A stretch of 62,341 bases of DNA, the filler included, from Caldilineae bacterium (lineage in GTDB: Bacteria > Chloroflexota > Anaerolineae > DTLA01): the NCBI GenBank assembly GCA_037446815.1. It is 11 parts of 11 records of this genome, joined end to end, with 100 filler letters (N's around TTAATTAATTAA, not from the genome) between each part and the next. Parts side by side here need not be neighbours in the genome. Positions count along the whole stretch, not along the records: positions 28,879 to 34,423 come from JBBIHX010000185.1; positions 34,524 to 40,050 come from JBBIHX010000186.1; 9 more parts are not named here. One strand, written 5' to 3'. The notes below the pieces were generated by a model. It worked only from the letters and a program-made list of their open reading frames with translations. It searched no databases and was not told the origin of the DNA. Within the stretch, counting starts at the first letter, position 1, and the number at the start of each line of letters is the position of its first letter. Positions 29,504 to 38,187 of the stretch are shown here, piece by piece. The position numbers were made by a program, and so were the translations under genes.

Positions 29504-29838
29504 GAGACCATCGGCTCTACATCAAGGACATCCTCGCCGCGATGGAGAGCATAGAGGCCTTCACCGAAGGAATGACGTTGAAAGCGTTCCAAGCCGACGA
29601 CAAGACCGCCAGCGCCGTCATGAGAAAACTGGAGATTATCGGCGAGGCCGCCAAACAGGTGCCCGACGAGGTGCGGGCAGCCTACCCCGACATCCCCTGG
29701 AAGGAGATGGCGGGAATGAGGGACAGGCTCATCCACTCCTACTTTGGCGTGGACTACAGACTGGTATGGGCAACCGTGAAGAAGCGCCTGCCGCAGGTCA
29801 AGCCCCACATCCAGAGGATGCTACGAGACTTGCCCTGA
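29500..29838 (+). CDS. HepT-like HEPN (DUF86) ribonuclease toxin
   Basis: LEIIGEAAK, IPWKEMAGMRDRLIHSYFGVD (RX4HXY); 4-nt overlap with the MNT gene. Confidence 0.93.
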   Translation: MRDHRLYIKDILAAMESIEAFTEGMTLKAFQADDKTASAVMRKLEIIGEAAKQVPDEVRAAYPDIPWKEMAGMRDRLIHSYFGVDYRLVWATVKKRLPQVKPHIQRMLRDLP

Positions 29839-29843
29839 TTGCC

Positions 29844-30461
29844 TCATTCCCCCACCCGTTCCGCCACAATCAGCCGCACGATGCCCCAGGCCCACAGGCT
29901 CTCGTCCTTCACCACGCGTAGCCCCGCCGCGCGCACATTCGCCACCGTGTCGCGGTTGATGTCCTCGCCGATGAGGAGCCACGCCAGTGGGTTCAGCGCG
30001 TCCATGACCCGCGCGATGCATCCCGAGCGAGAGCGCATGTGCTCCAGCAGGACGATGCGCCCACCCGGCCGCACCACACGCGCCAACTCCCGCAACCCCT
30101 GGACGGGATCGGGCACGCCGCAGAAGACCAACGTTGCCACGGCGCAGTCAAACGCGCCGTCGGCGAAGGCCAGATGCTGCACATCCATCTGCGCCAGCGG
30201 CGGAACGGGCATGCCCTTGGCCGCCAGTTTGGCCCGCGTCCGCAGGAGCATGCGCATGCTCACGTCCACCGCCGTAACGCGCCGCGCGGGCGTGTAGTAC
30301 GGCGCATTGAAGCCCGTGCCCACGCCCACCTCCAGCACGTTGCAGCCCGCGACCTCGGCCCAAACGCGGCTGCGCCACGGGCGCATGATTCGGCGCTCCA
30401 ACCGCTCAAAGATCCTGTCGTAGTGCGGCGCGACGCCGTCAAATCGGTCCTGCTGTCCCAC
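29844..30461 (-). CDS. class I SAM-dependent methyltransferase
   Basis: VLEVGVGTG, FADGAFD, VFCGVPDP, RPGG..LLEH. Confidence 0.9.
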   Translation of the reverse strand: MGQQDRFDGVAPHYDRIFERLERRIMRPWRSRVWAEVAGCNVLEVGVGTGFNAPYYTPARRVTAVDVSMRMLLRTRAKLAAKGMPVPPLAQMDVQHLAFADGAFDCAVATLVFCGVPDPVQGLRELARVVRPGGRIVLLEHMRSRSGCIARVMDALNPLAWLLIGEDINRDTVANVRAAGLRVVKDESLWAWGIVRLIVAERVGE

Positions 30462-30472
30462 TGCGCCCCCCG

Positions 30473-31426
30473 CTAGGCGCGCCCCAGCACCGCCGTCAGC
30501 AGCGCCATGCGCACGTACATGCCGTTCTTCATCTGGCGGAAGTAGGACGCGCGCGGGTCGGCATCCACCGCGTAACTAATCTCGCCCACGCGCGGCAGCG
30601 GGTGCATCACCGTCATCGTCTGCTTGGCGCGCTTCATGATCTCCGGCGTGATAACGTAGAAATCCTTCACCGCGTCGTATTGGGCCAAATCGGTGAAGCG
30701 CTCCTTCTGCACGCGCGTTACGTAGAGCACATCGGCCTTGTCAATGACCTGCGACACGTCTTCCAGTTCCTCGTACTCCAGCCCCTTCTGCTTGACCTCT
30801 TGCACCAGTTCGGGCGGCATTCGGAGAATCTCGGGCGAGACGAAGTAGAACTTCACATTGTACAGGCTGAGCAGGCGGGTGAGGGAGTGCACCGTGCGGC
30901 CGTACTTCAGGTCGCCGACCATGGCCACCGACAACCCGTCCACGCGGTTGTGGTCTTCCTCAATGGTGAACAGGTCCAGCAGCGCCTGCGTGGGATGTTC
31001 GCCCACCCCATCGCCCGCGTTGATGATAGGCTTCTCGCAGTAGTGCGCGGCGACGGCCGCAGAGCCCACCTCCGGGTGGCGCAGGACGATGACATCGGCG
31101 TAGGATTCCAGCGTGCGCACGGTGTCGGGCAGCGACTCGCCCTTGGTAACCGAGGAGTACACCACCTCGTTGATGGGAATCACCGCGCCGCCCAGCCGCG
31201 ACATGGCCGCGATGAACGATGAACTGGTGCGGGTGCTCGGTTCGTAGAACAGCGACGCCATCACCTTGCCCTGGAGCAGGTTGGAGTGGCCGACCCGCTC
31301 CACGATGATGCGCATCTCCTCGGCCAGGCCGAACAGATAGCGCAGGTTCTCTCGGTCAAACTGCTTGACCGACAGGATGTCCTGTCCCTTGAACGGATTG
31401 AGTCCCTTGATCGGTTTTGGAGCCAT
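30473..31426 (-). CDS. pyrB: aspartate carbamoyltransferase (CAD-like)
   Basis: [37 protein letters not shown]. Confidence 0.97.
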   Translation of the reverse strand: MAPKPIKGLNPFKGQDILSVKQFDRENLRYLFGLAEEMRIIVERVGHSNLLQGKVMASLFYEPSTRTSSSFIAAMSRLGGAVIPINEVVYSSVTKGESLPDTVRTLESYADVIVLRHPEVGSAAVAAHYCEKPIINAGDGVGEHPTQALLDLFTIEEDHNRVDGLSVAMVGDLKYGRTVHSLTRLLSLYNVKFYFVSPEILRMPPELVQEVKQKGLEYEELEDVSQVIDKADVLYVTRVQKERFTDLAQYDAVKDFYVITPEIMKRAKQTMTVMHPLPRVGEISYAVDADPRASYFRQMKNGMYVRMALLTAVLGRA

Positions 31427-31675
31427 ACTCTCCCCTCCTATAGGTAAACAGGTTCATTCCCAGAGCCGCCCTTCTCGCGAAGGCGTCCTCCACGGATTGC
31501 ACGGATTCTCGCGAAATTCGCGTTCATTCGCGCAGATTCGCGGTTGCCGTAACCCTCTGCGTTTTCTGCGTCTCCGCGGTGAAGCCCTTTTTCACCGCAG
31601 AGACAGAGAGGACGCAGAGATTGAATTGATTTCCTCTGCGCTCTCCGCGTCCCTGCGGTGAACCCCCCGCGCGTC

Positions 31676-32737
31676 CTACCGCGGCGCCGCCCGCTGCCCG
31701 AACCCAGGCGCGACGCGCACCTGCCCATCGGCCCAGGCCCGCGTTCCGCGCACCCACGTCTCCAGCACCCGCGCGCTCACCACCGCGCCCTCAAACGGCG
31801 TCCAGCGGCACCGCGTCTGCATCGCGTCGCCGCGGATGGTGGCGCGCACGTCGGTCTCCACCACGACGAACGAATCGGGCGACGTGGCGATGCCGAACAG
31901 GCGCGCGGGCGTGGTGTGAAACAACTCCACCAGCCGCTCCAGCGTCAGCCGCCCCTCGGCGACGGCGGTCAGCATCAGCGGCAGCGCCGTCTCCAGGCCG
32001 GGCACGCCCGGGGGCGGGTTCGGGCCGCGCTTCTCGGTCAGCGTGTGCGGGGCGTGGTCGGTCGCCAGCACGTCTATCACGTCCAGGTTGTCCCACAACG
32101 CCTGGCGGTCGGCGGCTGTGCCCAGCGGTGGGCGCATCTGGCCCAGGCTGCCCAGCGCCCGCGCGTCGTCTTCCGTCAGGAACAGGTGATGCGGCGTTAC
32201 CTCGCAGGTTACGCGAAAGCCCTGCTCCTTGGCCTGCCGAATCGCCGCGATCTGCCACGCCTCGGACACATGGCACACGTGCAGCCACCGCCCCAGCCGC
32301 TGCGCCAGCGTCAAGGCTGTGAGCATAGCCGCGCCTTCGGCGTGCACGGCGAGGGGGCGGTCGGCGGGCCACGCCCGGAACAGCCGCGCCAGCGACGCCA
32401 CGTTTTCCACCAGCAGCGGGCCGTAGGTGTGGCTCATGTACACCTTCATGCCCACGCATCGCCGCGCCGCCTCGGACGCCAGTTTGGCATTCTTCCTGGT
32501 GCCTCCCCACCAGAACCCGTAATCGCAGACGGCCTTGGCCGCGGCCTGCTCCTTGGCGGCAAGGGTCTTTAGGCTGGTTACAGGCGGCCGGTTGTTGGGC
32601 ATGTCCAGGACGCAGCAGTACCCGCCGGCCAATGCCGCCGCCGTGCCCGTCAGGAACGTCTCCTTGTGCGTCGCCCCCGGGTCGCGCAGGTGAACGTGCG
32701 GATCAATCCCCGCCGGCAACCGAATGCGCTTGCCCAT
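31676..32737 (-). CDS. pyrC: dihydroorotase (CAD-like)
   Basis: IDPHVHLRDPG, DMPN, CEVTPHHL, TDHAPH; upstream of pyrB. Confidence 0.93.
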   Translation of the reverse strand: MGKRIRLPAGIDPHVHLRDPGATHKETFLTGTAAALAGGYCCVLDMPNNRPPVTSLKTLAAKEQAAAKAVCDYGFWWGGTRKNAKLASEAARRCVGMKVYMSHTYGPLLVENVASLARLFRAWPADRPLAVHAEGAAMLTALTLAQRLGRWLHVCHVSEAWQIAAIRQAKEQGFRVTCEVTPHHLFLTEDDARALGSLGQMRPPLGTAADRQALWDNLDVIDVLATDHAPHTLTEKRGPNPPPGVPGLETALPLMLTAVAEGRLTLERLVELFHTTPARLFGIATSPDSFVVVETDVRATIRGDAMQTRCRWTPFEGAVVSARVLETWVRGTRAWADGQVRVAPGFGQRAAPR

Positions 32738-32784
32738 GTCTTACCTCACAAAAACGCCGAAGCGTCTGCTTCGGCGTCGCTGCC

Positions 32785-34212
32785 TTACGTGTTGTAGTAT
32801 AGCACTAGTTCGTATGGATGGGGACGTTTTTGTATCTCCCGAACGTCACTTTCTCGCTTGTATCGCGTCCAGAACGCGAGCAGGTCTTTCGGGAACACGT
32901 CGCCCTCCAGCAGGAAGTCGTGCCCCCTGTCCAGTTCATCCAGCGCCTGCTCCAGGCTGGTCGGCAGCGACCGAATCTTCCGCTTCTCCTCGTCCGACAG
33001 CGAGAAGAAGTTGTCGTCGTAAGGGCCGAACCCCTCGGCGCCCGGGTCTACATTGCGGCGGATGCCGCTGATGCCCGCCATGAGTTGCGCGGCGAGGGCC
33101 AGGTACACGTTGCACGTGGCGTCGGGCGGGCGGTATTCTATGCGCTTGGCCTCGGGCGTTACGGCGTACTCCGGCACGCGGATGGCCGCGCTGCGATTGC
33201 CCAGCGAGAAGAACAGCGACACGGGCGCTTCGTACCCAGGCGTAAGCCGACGGTACGAGTTGCTGCTGGGGTTGACCAGCCCCGACAGTGCCGCGCCGTG
33301 GCTCAGGAGCCCGCCGATGTACGCCAGGGCCAGGCGGCTCAGGCCGGCATACCCGCGCTCGTCGTAGAACAGCGGCCGGCCAGCCTTGAACAGATGTTGG
33401 TGAAAGTGCATCCCATTGCCCGCCTCGCCTACCAGCGGCTTGGGCATGAACGTTACGGTCTTGCCGCGTCGCCGCGCCACGTTGCGCACGAAGTATTTGA
33501 CCATCATCACCACATCGCCGCTGCGCACCAATCCGTCCATGGGCACTTCAATCTCACATTGCCCGGCGCCGCCGACCTCGTGGTGATGGTACTTCACGGG
33601 AACCCCGGCGTCCTCCAGCAGGACGCAGACCTCCGACCGCAGGTCGTTGAGCGCGTCCCGCGGCGGCGCGGCGTGGTACCCGCCGTGCTTCGGGAGTTCC
33701 AGCCCCATCCCATCGCGCCCCATGCGCCAGTGCGCTTCCTCAGCGTCCATGTCAAAGCCGCTGCGGTGAGGCTCGTTGTAGATGCTCACGCGGTCAAAAA
33801 CGTAGAACTCCAGTTCGGGCCCCCAGCGGCTTTCGTCGGCGATGCCCGTCTGCTTCAGGTATGCCTCGGCCTTGGCGGCGATACCACGCGGATCCCAGCG
33901 AAACTCCTGGCGCGTCGTGGCGTCCACGATGTGGCAGATGAAACTCAGCGTCGGAACCTCGCAGAACGCATCCACCCAGCCTGTCGCTAGGTCGGGCACA
34001 AGCACCATATCGCCCGCCTCCACGCTCTTGAACCCGACGCTGGACCCGTCAAACCCCACGCCGTCGCGCATCAGGCGCTCGTTGAACTCCTGAGCCGACA
34101 GGGTTACGTGCCGCCACTGTCCCCACAGATCCGAAAACTTCAAATCCACAAGGCGGATTCCCTTGTGCTGCACAAATTGCACTGCCTCTTGGATGTCGCC
34201 GAAGGCTACCAT
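32785..34212 (-). CDS. glnA: type I glutamine synthetase
   Basis: FDGSS, HHHEVG, TFMPKP, GNGMHFH, PGYEAP, NRSAAIR, RIEYR. Confidence 0.97.
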   Translation of the reverse strand: MVAFGDIQEAVQFVQHKGIRLVDLKFSDLWGQWRHVTLSAQEFNERLMRDGVGFDGSSVGFKSVEAGDMVLVPDLATGWVDAFCEVPTLSFICHIVDATTRQEFRWDPRGIAAKAEAYLKQTGIADESRWGPELEFYVFDRVSIYNEPHRSGFDMDAEEAHWRMGRDGMGLELPKHGGYHAAPPRDALNDLRSEVCVLLEDAGVPVKYHHHEVGGAGQCEIEVPMDGLVRSGDVVMMVKYFVRNVARRRGKTVTFMPKPLVGEAGNGMHFHQHLFKAGRPLFYDERGYAGLSRLALAYIGGLLSHGAALSGLVNPSSNSYRRLTPGYEAPVSLFFSLGNRSAAIRVPEYAVTPEAKRIEYRPPDATCNVYLALAAQLMAGISGIRRNVDPGAEGFGPYDDNFFSLSDEEKRKIRSLPTSLEQALDELDRGHDFLLEGDVFPKDLLAFWTRYKRESDVREIQKRPHPYELVLYYNT

Positions 34213-34523
34213 CTCACCTCCCTGTGATTGCACCTCGCTGTGCTATCGCCTGGGTCGGGCCGCCCGCGCAGGCCGCATGATTATACGTATACCCTCGGCT
34301 TGGGCAAAAAATCCCCCGCGCCGCACACTCGGAGTCGGTTTCATCTCATGTTGGCGAACCGCACGCGCCACTGCCCGTGTGTCATTGCGAGCGAAGCGAA
34401 GCAATCCCACGCCCCGGAGATTGNNNNNNNNNNNNNNNNNNNNNNNNNNNNNNNNNNNNNNNNNNNNTTAATTAATTAANNNNNNNNNNNNNNNNNNNNN
34501 NNNNNNNNNNNNNNNNNNNNNNN

Positions 34524-34795
34524 GGGAGGCGTGCCTGACGTGCCATGCGTCGGCGGTGAAGCCTGTGCCGGCGTCGCATGCGGGGCGCACGGACGAGAGT
34601 TGCACGCTGTGCCACAAGCCGACGGTGGCGGAGAAGCCGGAGACCGACGCGGTGGCGAAGGCGATTCCACACGCGGTGGCGGGGCGGGAGGCGTGCCTGA
34701 CGTGCCATGCGTCGGCGGTGAAGCCTGTGCCGGCGTCGCACGCGGGGCGCACGGACGAGAGTTGCACGCTGTGCCACAAGCCGACGGTCTCGTAG
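34524..34795 (+). CDS. multiheme c-type cytochrome, tandem 54-aa diheme modules (5' truncated)
   Basis: Four CxxCH motifs (CLTCH, CTLCH, each twice); 162-bp near-identical DNA repeat. Confidence 0.85.
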
Positions 34796-34815
34796 CCCCC
34801 GGCGCTCCAATCGCC

Positions 34816-34899
34816 AGCGGCTAACGGCCAAGGGCTAACGGCTAAAGGCTAATGGCTAGCGGCTAATGGCTAATGGCTAGCGGCTGAAGGCTGATCGCC
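34816..34899. repeat. long one-directional heptamer array
   Basis: About 11 units of A(A/G)NGGCT/C, e.g. AACGGCT AAAGGCT AATGGCT AGCGGCT; a short copy at 39940-39964. Confidence 0.85.
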
Positions 34900-34909
34900 A
34901 ATCCCACGC

Positions 34910-35503
34910 CTACCGCGCCAGGTACAGCGCCCGCCGTTCCCGTGCGGGTGCGCGCTCAACGGCGAGACAGTGATAGTTGCAGGCCACATGGGGGAGCAGC
35001 ACGCGGAACGGCAGGAACCCGGGCACGCGCAACCGCGTCCCGGGCGAGTTGGACAGGCACGACCAGTTGAACACCTCGTCCGCAGCGCGAATGCAGAAGT
35101 AGTACGGCCCGCCGTCGTTCTCCAGGCCAAAGACCGCGAAAGACTCGGTGGAGCCTGCGGGCTGCGGTGCTGGGACGCCCGTCAGTGGAATCGCTGCCTC
35201 CCAGTCCTCCTCCGTCAGAATGGGGGCGCGCGCGTAACGGATATCGTAGAGCGTCGCCGTCCCCTCCGTGCCGTCGTCGCCGGGGGCCGTCCAGTACAAG
35301 GTGAGGCTTGTCGCGGAGCCTGATGCCATCTCGCCGATGCGCAAGTCGGTGATGCACGCGGGGGGAGTGGTGTCGTCGGAGCGCACGGTGAACACGCCGC
35401 CCACCGATTGGCGGTCGGGAGAGCGGGCTGACGCCGCGGGCATGCAGAACGTCAGCGCCGCAAATGCGAGTGCGCATGCGATCCGTCGTACAATCGGCGA
35501 CAT
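34910..35503 (-). CDS. secreted FN3-like protein with a C-terminal LP sorting-type motif
   Basis: Signal peptide; DTTPPA.ITDL, LYWTAPGDDG, YDIRY, YYFCIRAADE..NWS.LSN; C-terminal FRVLLPHV. Confidence 0.75.
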   Translation of the reverse strand: MSPIVRRIACALAFAALTFCMPAASARSPDRQSVGGVFTVRSDDTTPPACITDLRIGEMASGSATSLTLYWTAPGDDGTEGTATLYDIRYARAPILTEEDWEAAIPLTGVPAPQPAGSTESFAVFGLENDGGPYYFCIRAADEVFNWSCLSNSPGTRLRVPGFLPFRVLLPHVACNYHCLAVERAPARERRALYLAR

Positions 35504-35542
35504 GACTGCTTCACAACTTTCCGTAAGCCCGACCCATCGGAG

Positions 35543-35693
35543 GAGTCGGTTTCAAACTGTGTTGGTGAACCGTAGACGCACTCTCCTCGTGTGTCATTGC
35601 GAGCGAAGCGAAGCAATCCCGCGCCCGGGAGATTGCTTCGGGCGCTCCGCGCCCTCGCAATGACAAAACACCAACAGAATTTGGAACCGAGTC
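35543..35693. mobile_element. complete MITE with a near-perfect 8-bp TSD
   Basis: GAGTCGGTTTCA...TGGAACCGAGTC; flanks CATCGGAG/CATCCGAG. Confidence 0.85.
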
Positions 35694-35722
35694 CATCCGA
35701 GACGCCGGGCGGATCCAGGTCC

Positions 35723-36931
35723 CTATTGGGCTTGCTGGTCGGGCGGGTTCTTCTTGCGGCGGCGGGCCAGGATGGGCACGATGCCCACCAGCACCGTCCC
35801 GCCCGCTGCCGACAGCATCAGCGTCCAGTTGATGCCCCCGGCGTTGGCGCGAGACTGGGCCGTGCCTGTCTCCTTGCCCGACAGGCTGGCTTCGGCGGCG
35901 GGCTCCACGCGCAGCGTCTCCACGGGGCTGGCCGCGTAGGTTTGGCCGCCGATGGACAGCAGCGCCTGGAAGGCGTACTCGCCCGCAACCCAGCCATCGG
36001 CGGGGATGAAGGCGTAGTGCAGCCCGATGCTTCCCTTCTCCAACGGGGCCAGCGTGGCCATCTGGATTTGGGTCAGGGGCGCGCCGTCGCGATCCACGGT
36101 GAGGATGGTGCTGGCCTCCGGGAACGCTTGGTACAGATTGTTGAGCGTGTACACGATGTCGGCGAAGGCCAGAGCGCCGTTGTCGCTGCGGTAGTTGGGC
36201 ACAACGCCGAACCCCTCAAAGTACACCGTGGCGACGGTGAGGGTAACGGTCTTGGCCTCGCCGTTGGCGACGTCAAAGGTCTCCTCGCCGAGGCGCTGGC
36301 CGCCCATGTAGGCCACGGCGGCGAACCGCCCAGGCGAGACGACGGCTTCCAGCATGCCGGTCTCGGAGTAGGCCACCTCGCGCCGCTCGTCGCCCGCGAG
36401 TTTGTACAGGCGCACGGTGGCGGGAACCGCATCGCCCGACGGGCTGACGGTCCGCGCCTGGACGATGGCCGATTCGCCCAACACCACCAGGCGGGCGCTC
36501 TGCCCGGCCGCGCCCAAGAGTTGGATGCCCTGGGCGTCGGCGCGGTAGGATTCGGCGGTGAGGTTGATGGCGTATTCGCCCGCCGGTGTCTCGCGGCTCA
36601 CGGCCACGCCGACCAGGATCTTCTTCTGCTCGCCGGGCTTCAGCATGAAGTCCGTCTCGGACAGGAGCACCTGGACCCCCGCGGGCGCTTCCCAGGCCAT
36701 GCGCACGCCGAACTCCTCGCTTCCCTGGTTGAACACGATGACGTAAATGCTGGGCGCGTTGACCGAGGAGCCTTGCGGAATCTCAAAGGACTGGCGGTAG
36801 AACGAGCCGGACATGGCCAGCCCGCCCCCTTGCGCGCAGGCCCACGGCGCAAAGACCACCCACGCCATGAGAATGAGGGCCAGCGCCGCAATCCGCCTCC
36901 GTTCGCTTGCGTGCCATGACCTGTTTCCCAT
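35723..36931 (-). CDS. secreted Ig-like multidomain protein with a C-terminal membrane anchor
   Basis: Signal peptide, VFNQG, LKPGEQK, TPAGEY, C-terminal TM followed by RRRKK. Confidence 0.75.
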   Translation of the reverse strand: MGNRSWHASERRRIAALALILMAWVVFAPWACAQGGGLAMSGSFYRQSFEIPQGSSVNAPSIYVIVFNQGSEEFGVRMAWEAPAGVQVLLSETDFMLKPGEQKKILVGVAVSRETPAGEYAINLTAESYRADAQGIQLLGAAGQSARLVVLGESAIVQARTVSPSGDAVPATVRLYKLAGDERREVAYSETGMLEAVVSPGRFAAVAYMGGQRLGEETFDVANGEAKTVTLTVATVYFEGFGVVPNYRSDNGALAFADIVYTLNNLYQAFPEASTILTVDRDGAPLTQIQMATLAPLEKGSIGLHYAFIPADGWVAGEYAFQALLSIGGQTYAASPVETLRVEPAAEASLSGKETGTAQSRANAGGINWTLMLSAAGGTVLVGIVPILARRRKKNPPDQQAQ

Positions 36932-36989
36932 ATCATCCCTCAACTGGGCCTAGGCCCCGCAGCCATCGGCCCGTGATACTGATGGGCGC

Positions 36990-37022
36990 GGCTCCCGCAC
37001 CCGGACTGCGAGCGCGGGAGCC
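36990..37022 (-). terminator. GC-rich hairpin downstream of the major subunit gene
   Basis: GGCTCCCGC-N15-GCGGGAGCC; no U-tract, so a partial terminator or 3' stabiliser. Confidence 0.45.
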
Positions 37023-37054
37023 GATCCCACAATTCTCGCCCCTCTCCCAGGGCC

Positions 37055-38044
37055 TCAGTCGTTGATAATCTGGAAGTACACGGCGCCGCTGTACGTGTCC
37101 TCAAAGAACGGCGAGCCGAGTTTCAGCCAGAGGCTGTTGCCGGTCTCATCGTGGCCGGACTCGCCGGTCTGGGTGCCGGTGTTGAACGTGGTGTAGGCCG
37201 CGCTTAGGACCTGCACCGCGTCAGCGATGGTGCTGTCGTCGTCGGCCATGAGCGAGAATTCGTTGCCCGCCGGCGTGCCCGCGGCGTTCAGCGCAGCCGT
37301 GTGCGACGCGCCGGTCCATGTCCCGCCAGCCTTCACCTGCTGGTTGTAGCCGCCATTGGCCAGGTAGTTGATGCTGATGCCGCTCTGGATGGTGTAGTCG
37401 GTGCCGGGAGCCAGCGTGCCCCAGTCCACCAACGCCGTGCTGACGGTAACCTCGCCGTACCAGTTCATGTCGTAGTCGCTGCCGTCGTAGCGGGTGCCGG
37501 TGGCGCTGTTGTCATCCGTGGCCACCGCGTAGGCGTCCCAGTCGGTGGCCTCGGTGGCAACCTTGCCCGGGCGGAAGTGGAACCACCACGTGCCGCTGCT
37601 GCCGCTCAGGCTGGGCTCCACGCAGTTGGCCGACACGATGGCCCAGGTGGTGGGCGAGCCCGCGCTGATGGTCCACGTGGACGGCGTCCCCTTCGTCCAC
37701 GTCAGGATCGCGGCGGTCTGGGTATCGCCCGTGCCTGGAACATCGCCCGCGTCGTCGTCCCCATCGTTGTCAAAGAATACGGTTACGCGCACGGTGGTCA
37801 GGTCGTTCAGCGTGTTGGCGTCGCTGACGGTAACCTTTACGGCATATTCCGTGCCCGGCGTCATCGCCGTTACGGCGGTCGTGTGATCCGTTTCGTAGAT
37901 GCCCAGGTCGCTGATGTTTGGGGCCGCGTTGGCCGTTGTGAATTGGCCGGTCGTCTGATCCTCATCGGCGAAGACCGCCACCGGCAGCATGGCTACCAGT
38001 ATAGCCAGACCTACCAGAATTGTAAAGAACTTCCGCTTTTCCAT
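37055..38044 (-). CDS. secreted beta-rich protein, putative major filament subunit
   Basis: Strong SD AAGGAGG, signal peptide MEKRKFF..VAVFA, Thr/Gly/Asp-rich, C-terminal TYSGAVYFQI; paralog of 38188-39654. Confidence 0.8.
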   Translation of the reverse strand: MEKRKFFTILVGLAILVAMLPVAVFADEDQTTGQFTTANAAPNISDLGIYETDHTTAVTAMTPGTEYAVKVTVSDANTLNDLTTVRVTVFFDNDGDDDAGDVPGTGDTQTAAILTWTKGTPSTWTISAGSPTTWAIVSANCVEPSLSGSSGTWWFHFRPGKVATEATDWDAYAVATDDNSATGTRYDGSDYDMNWYGEVTVSTALVDWGTLAPGTDYTIQSGISINYLANGGYNQQVKAGGTWTGASHTAALNAAGTPAGNEFSLMADDDSTIADAVQVLSAAYTTFNTGTQTGESGHDETGNSLWLKLGSPFFEDTYSGAVYFQIIND

Positions 38045-38187
38045 TTTGCTATCCTCCTTTAGGGTTGACTGCTCTGCTGCGATGAAGAATGCGTGCACAA
38101 GATTCTCCGAATGACAGGTTCTTGCCGTTTCTACTGCCTCCGATGCCTCCTGTTGTTCCCTCCTTTCTAACTCCTCCTTCATGAGCC

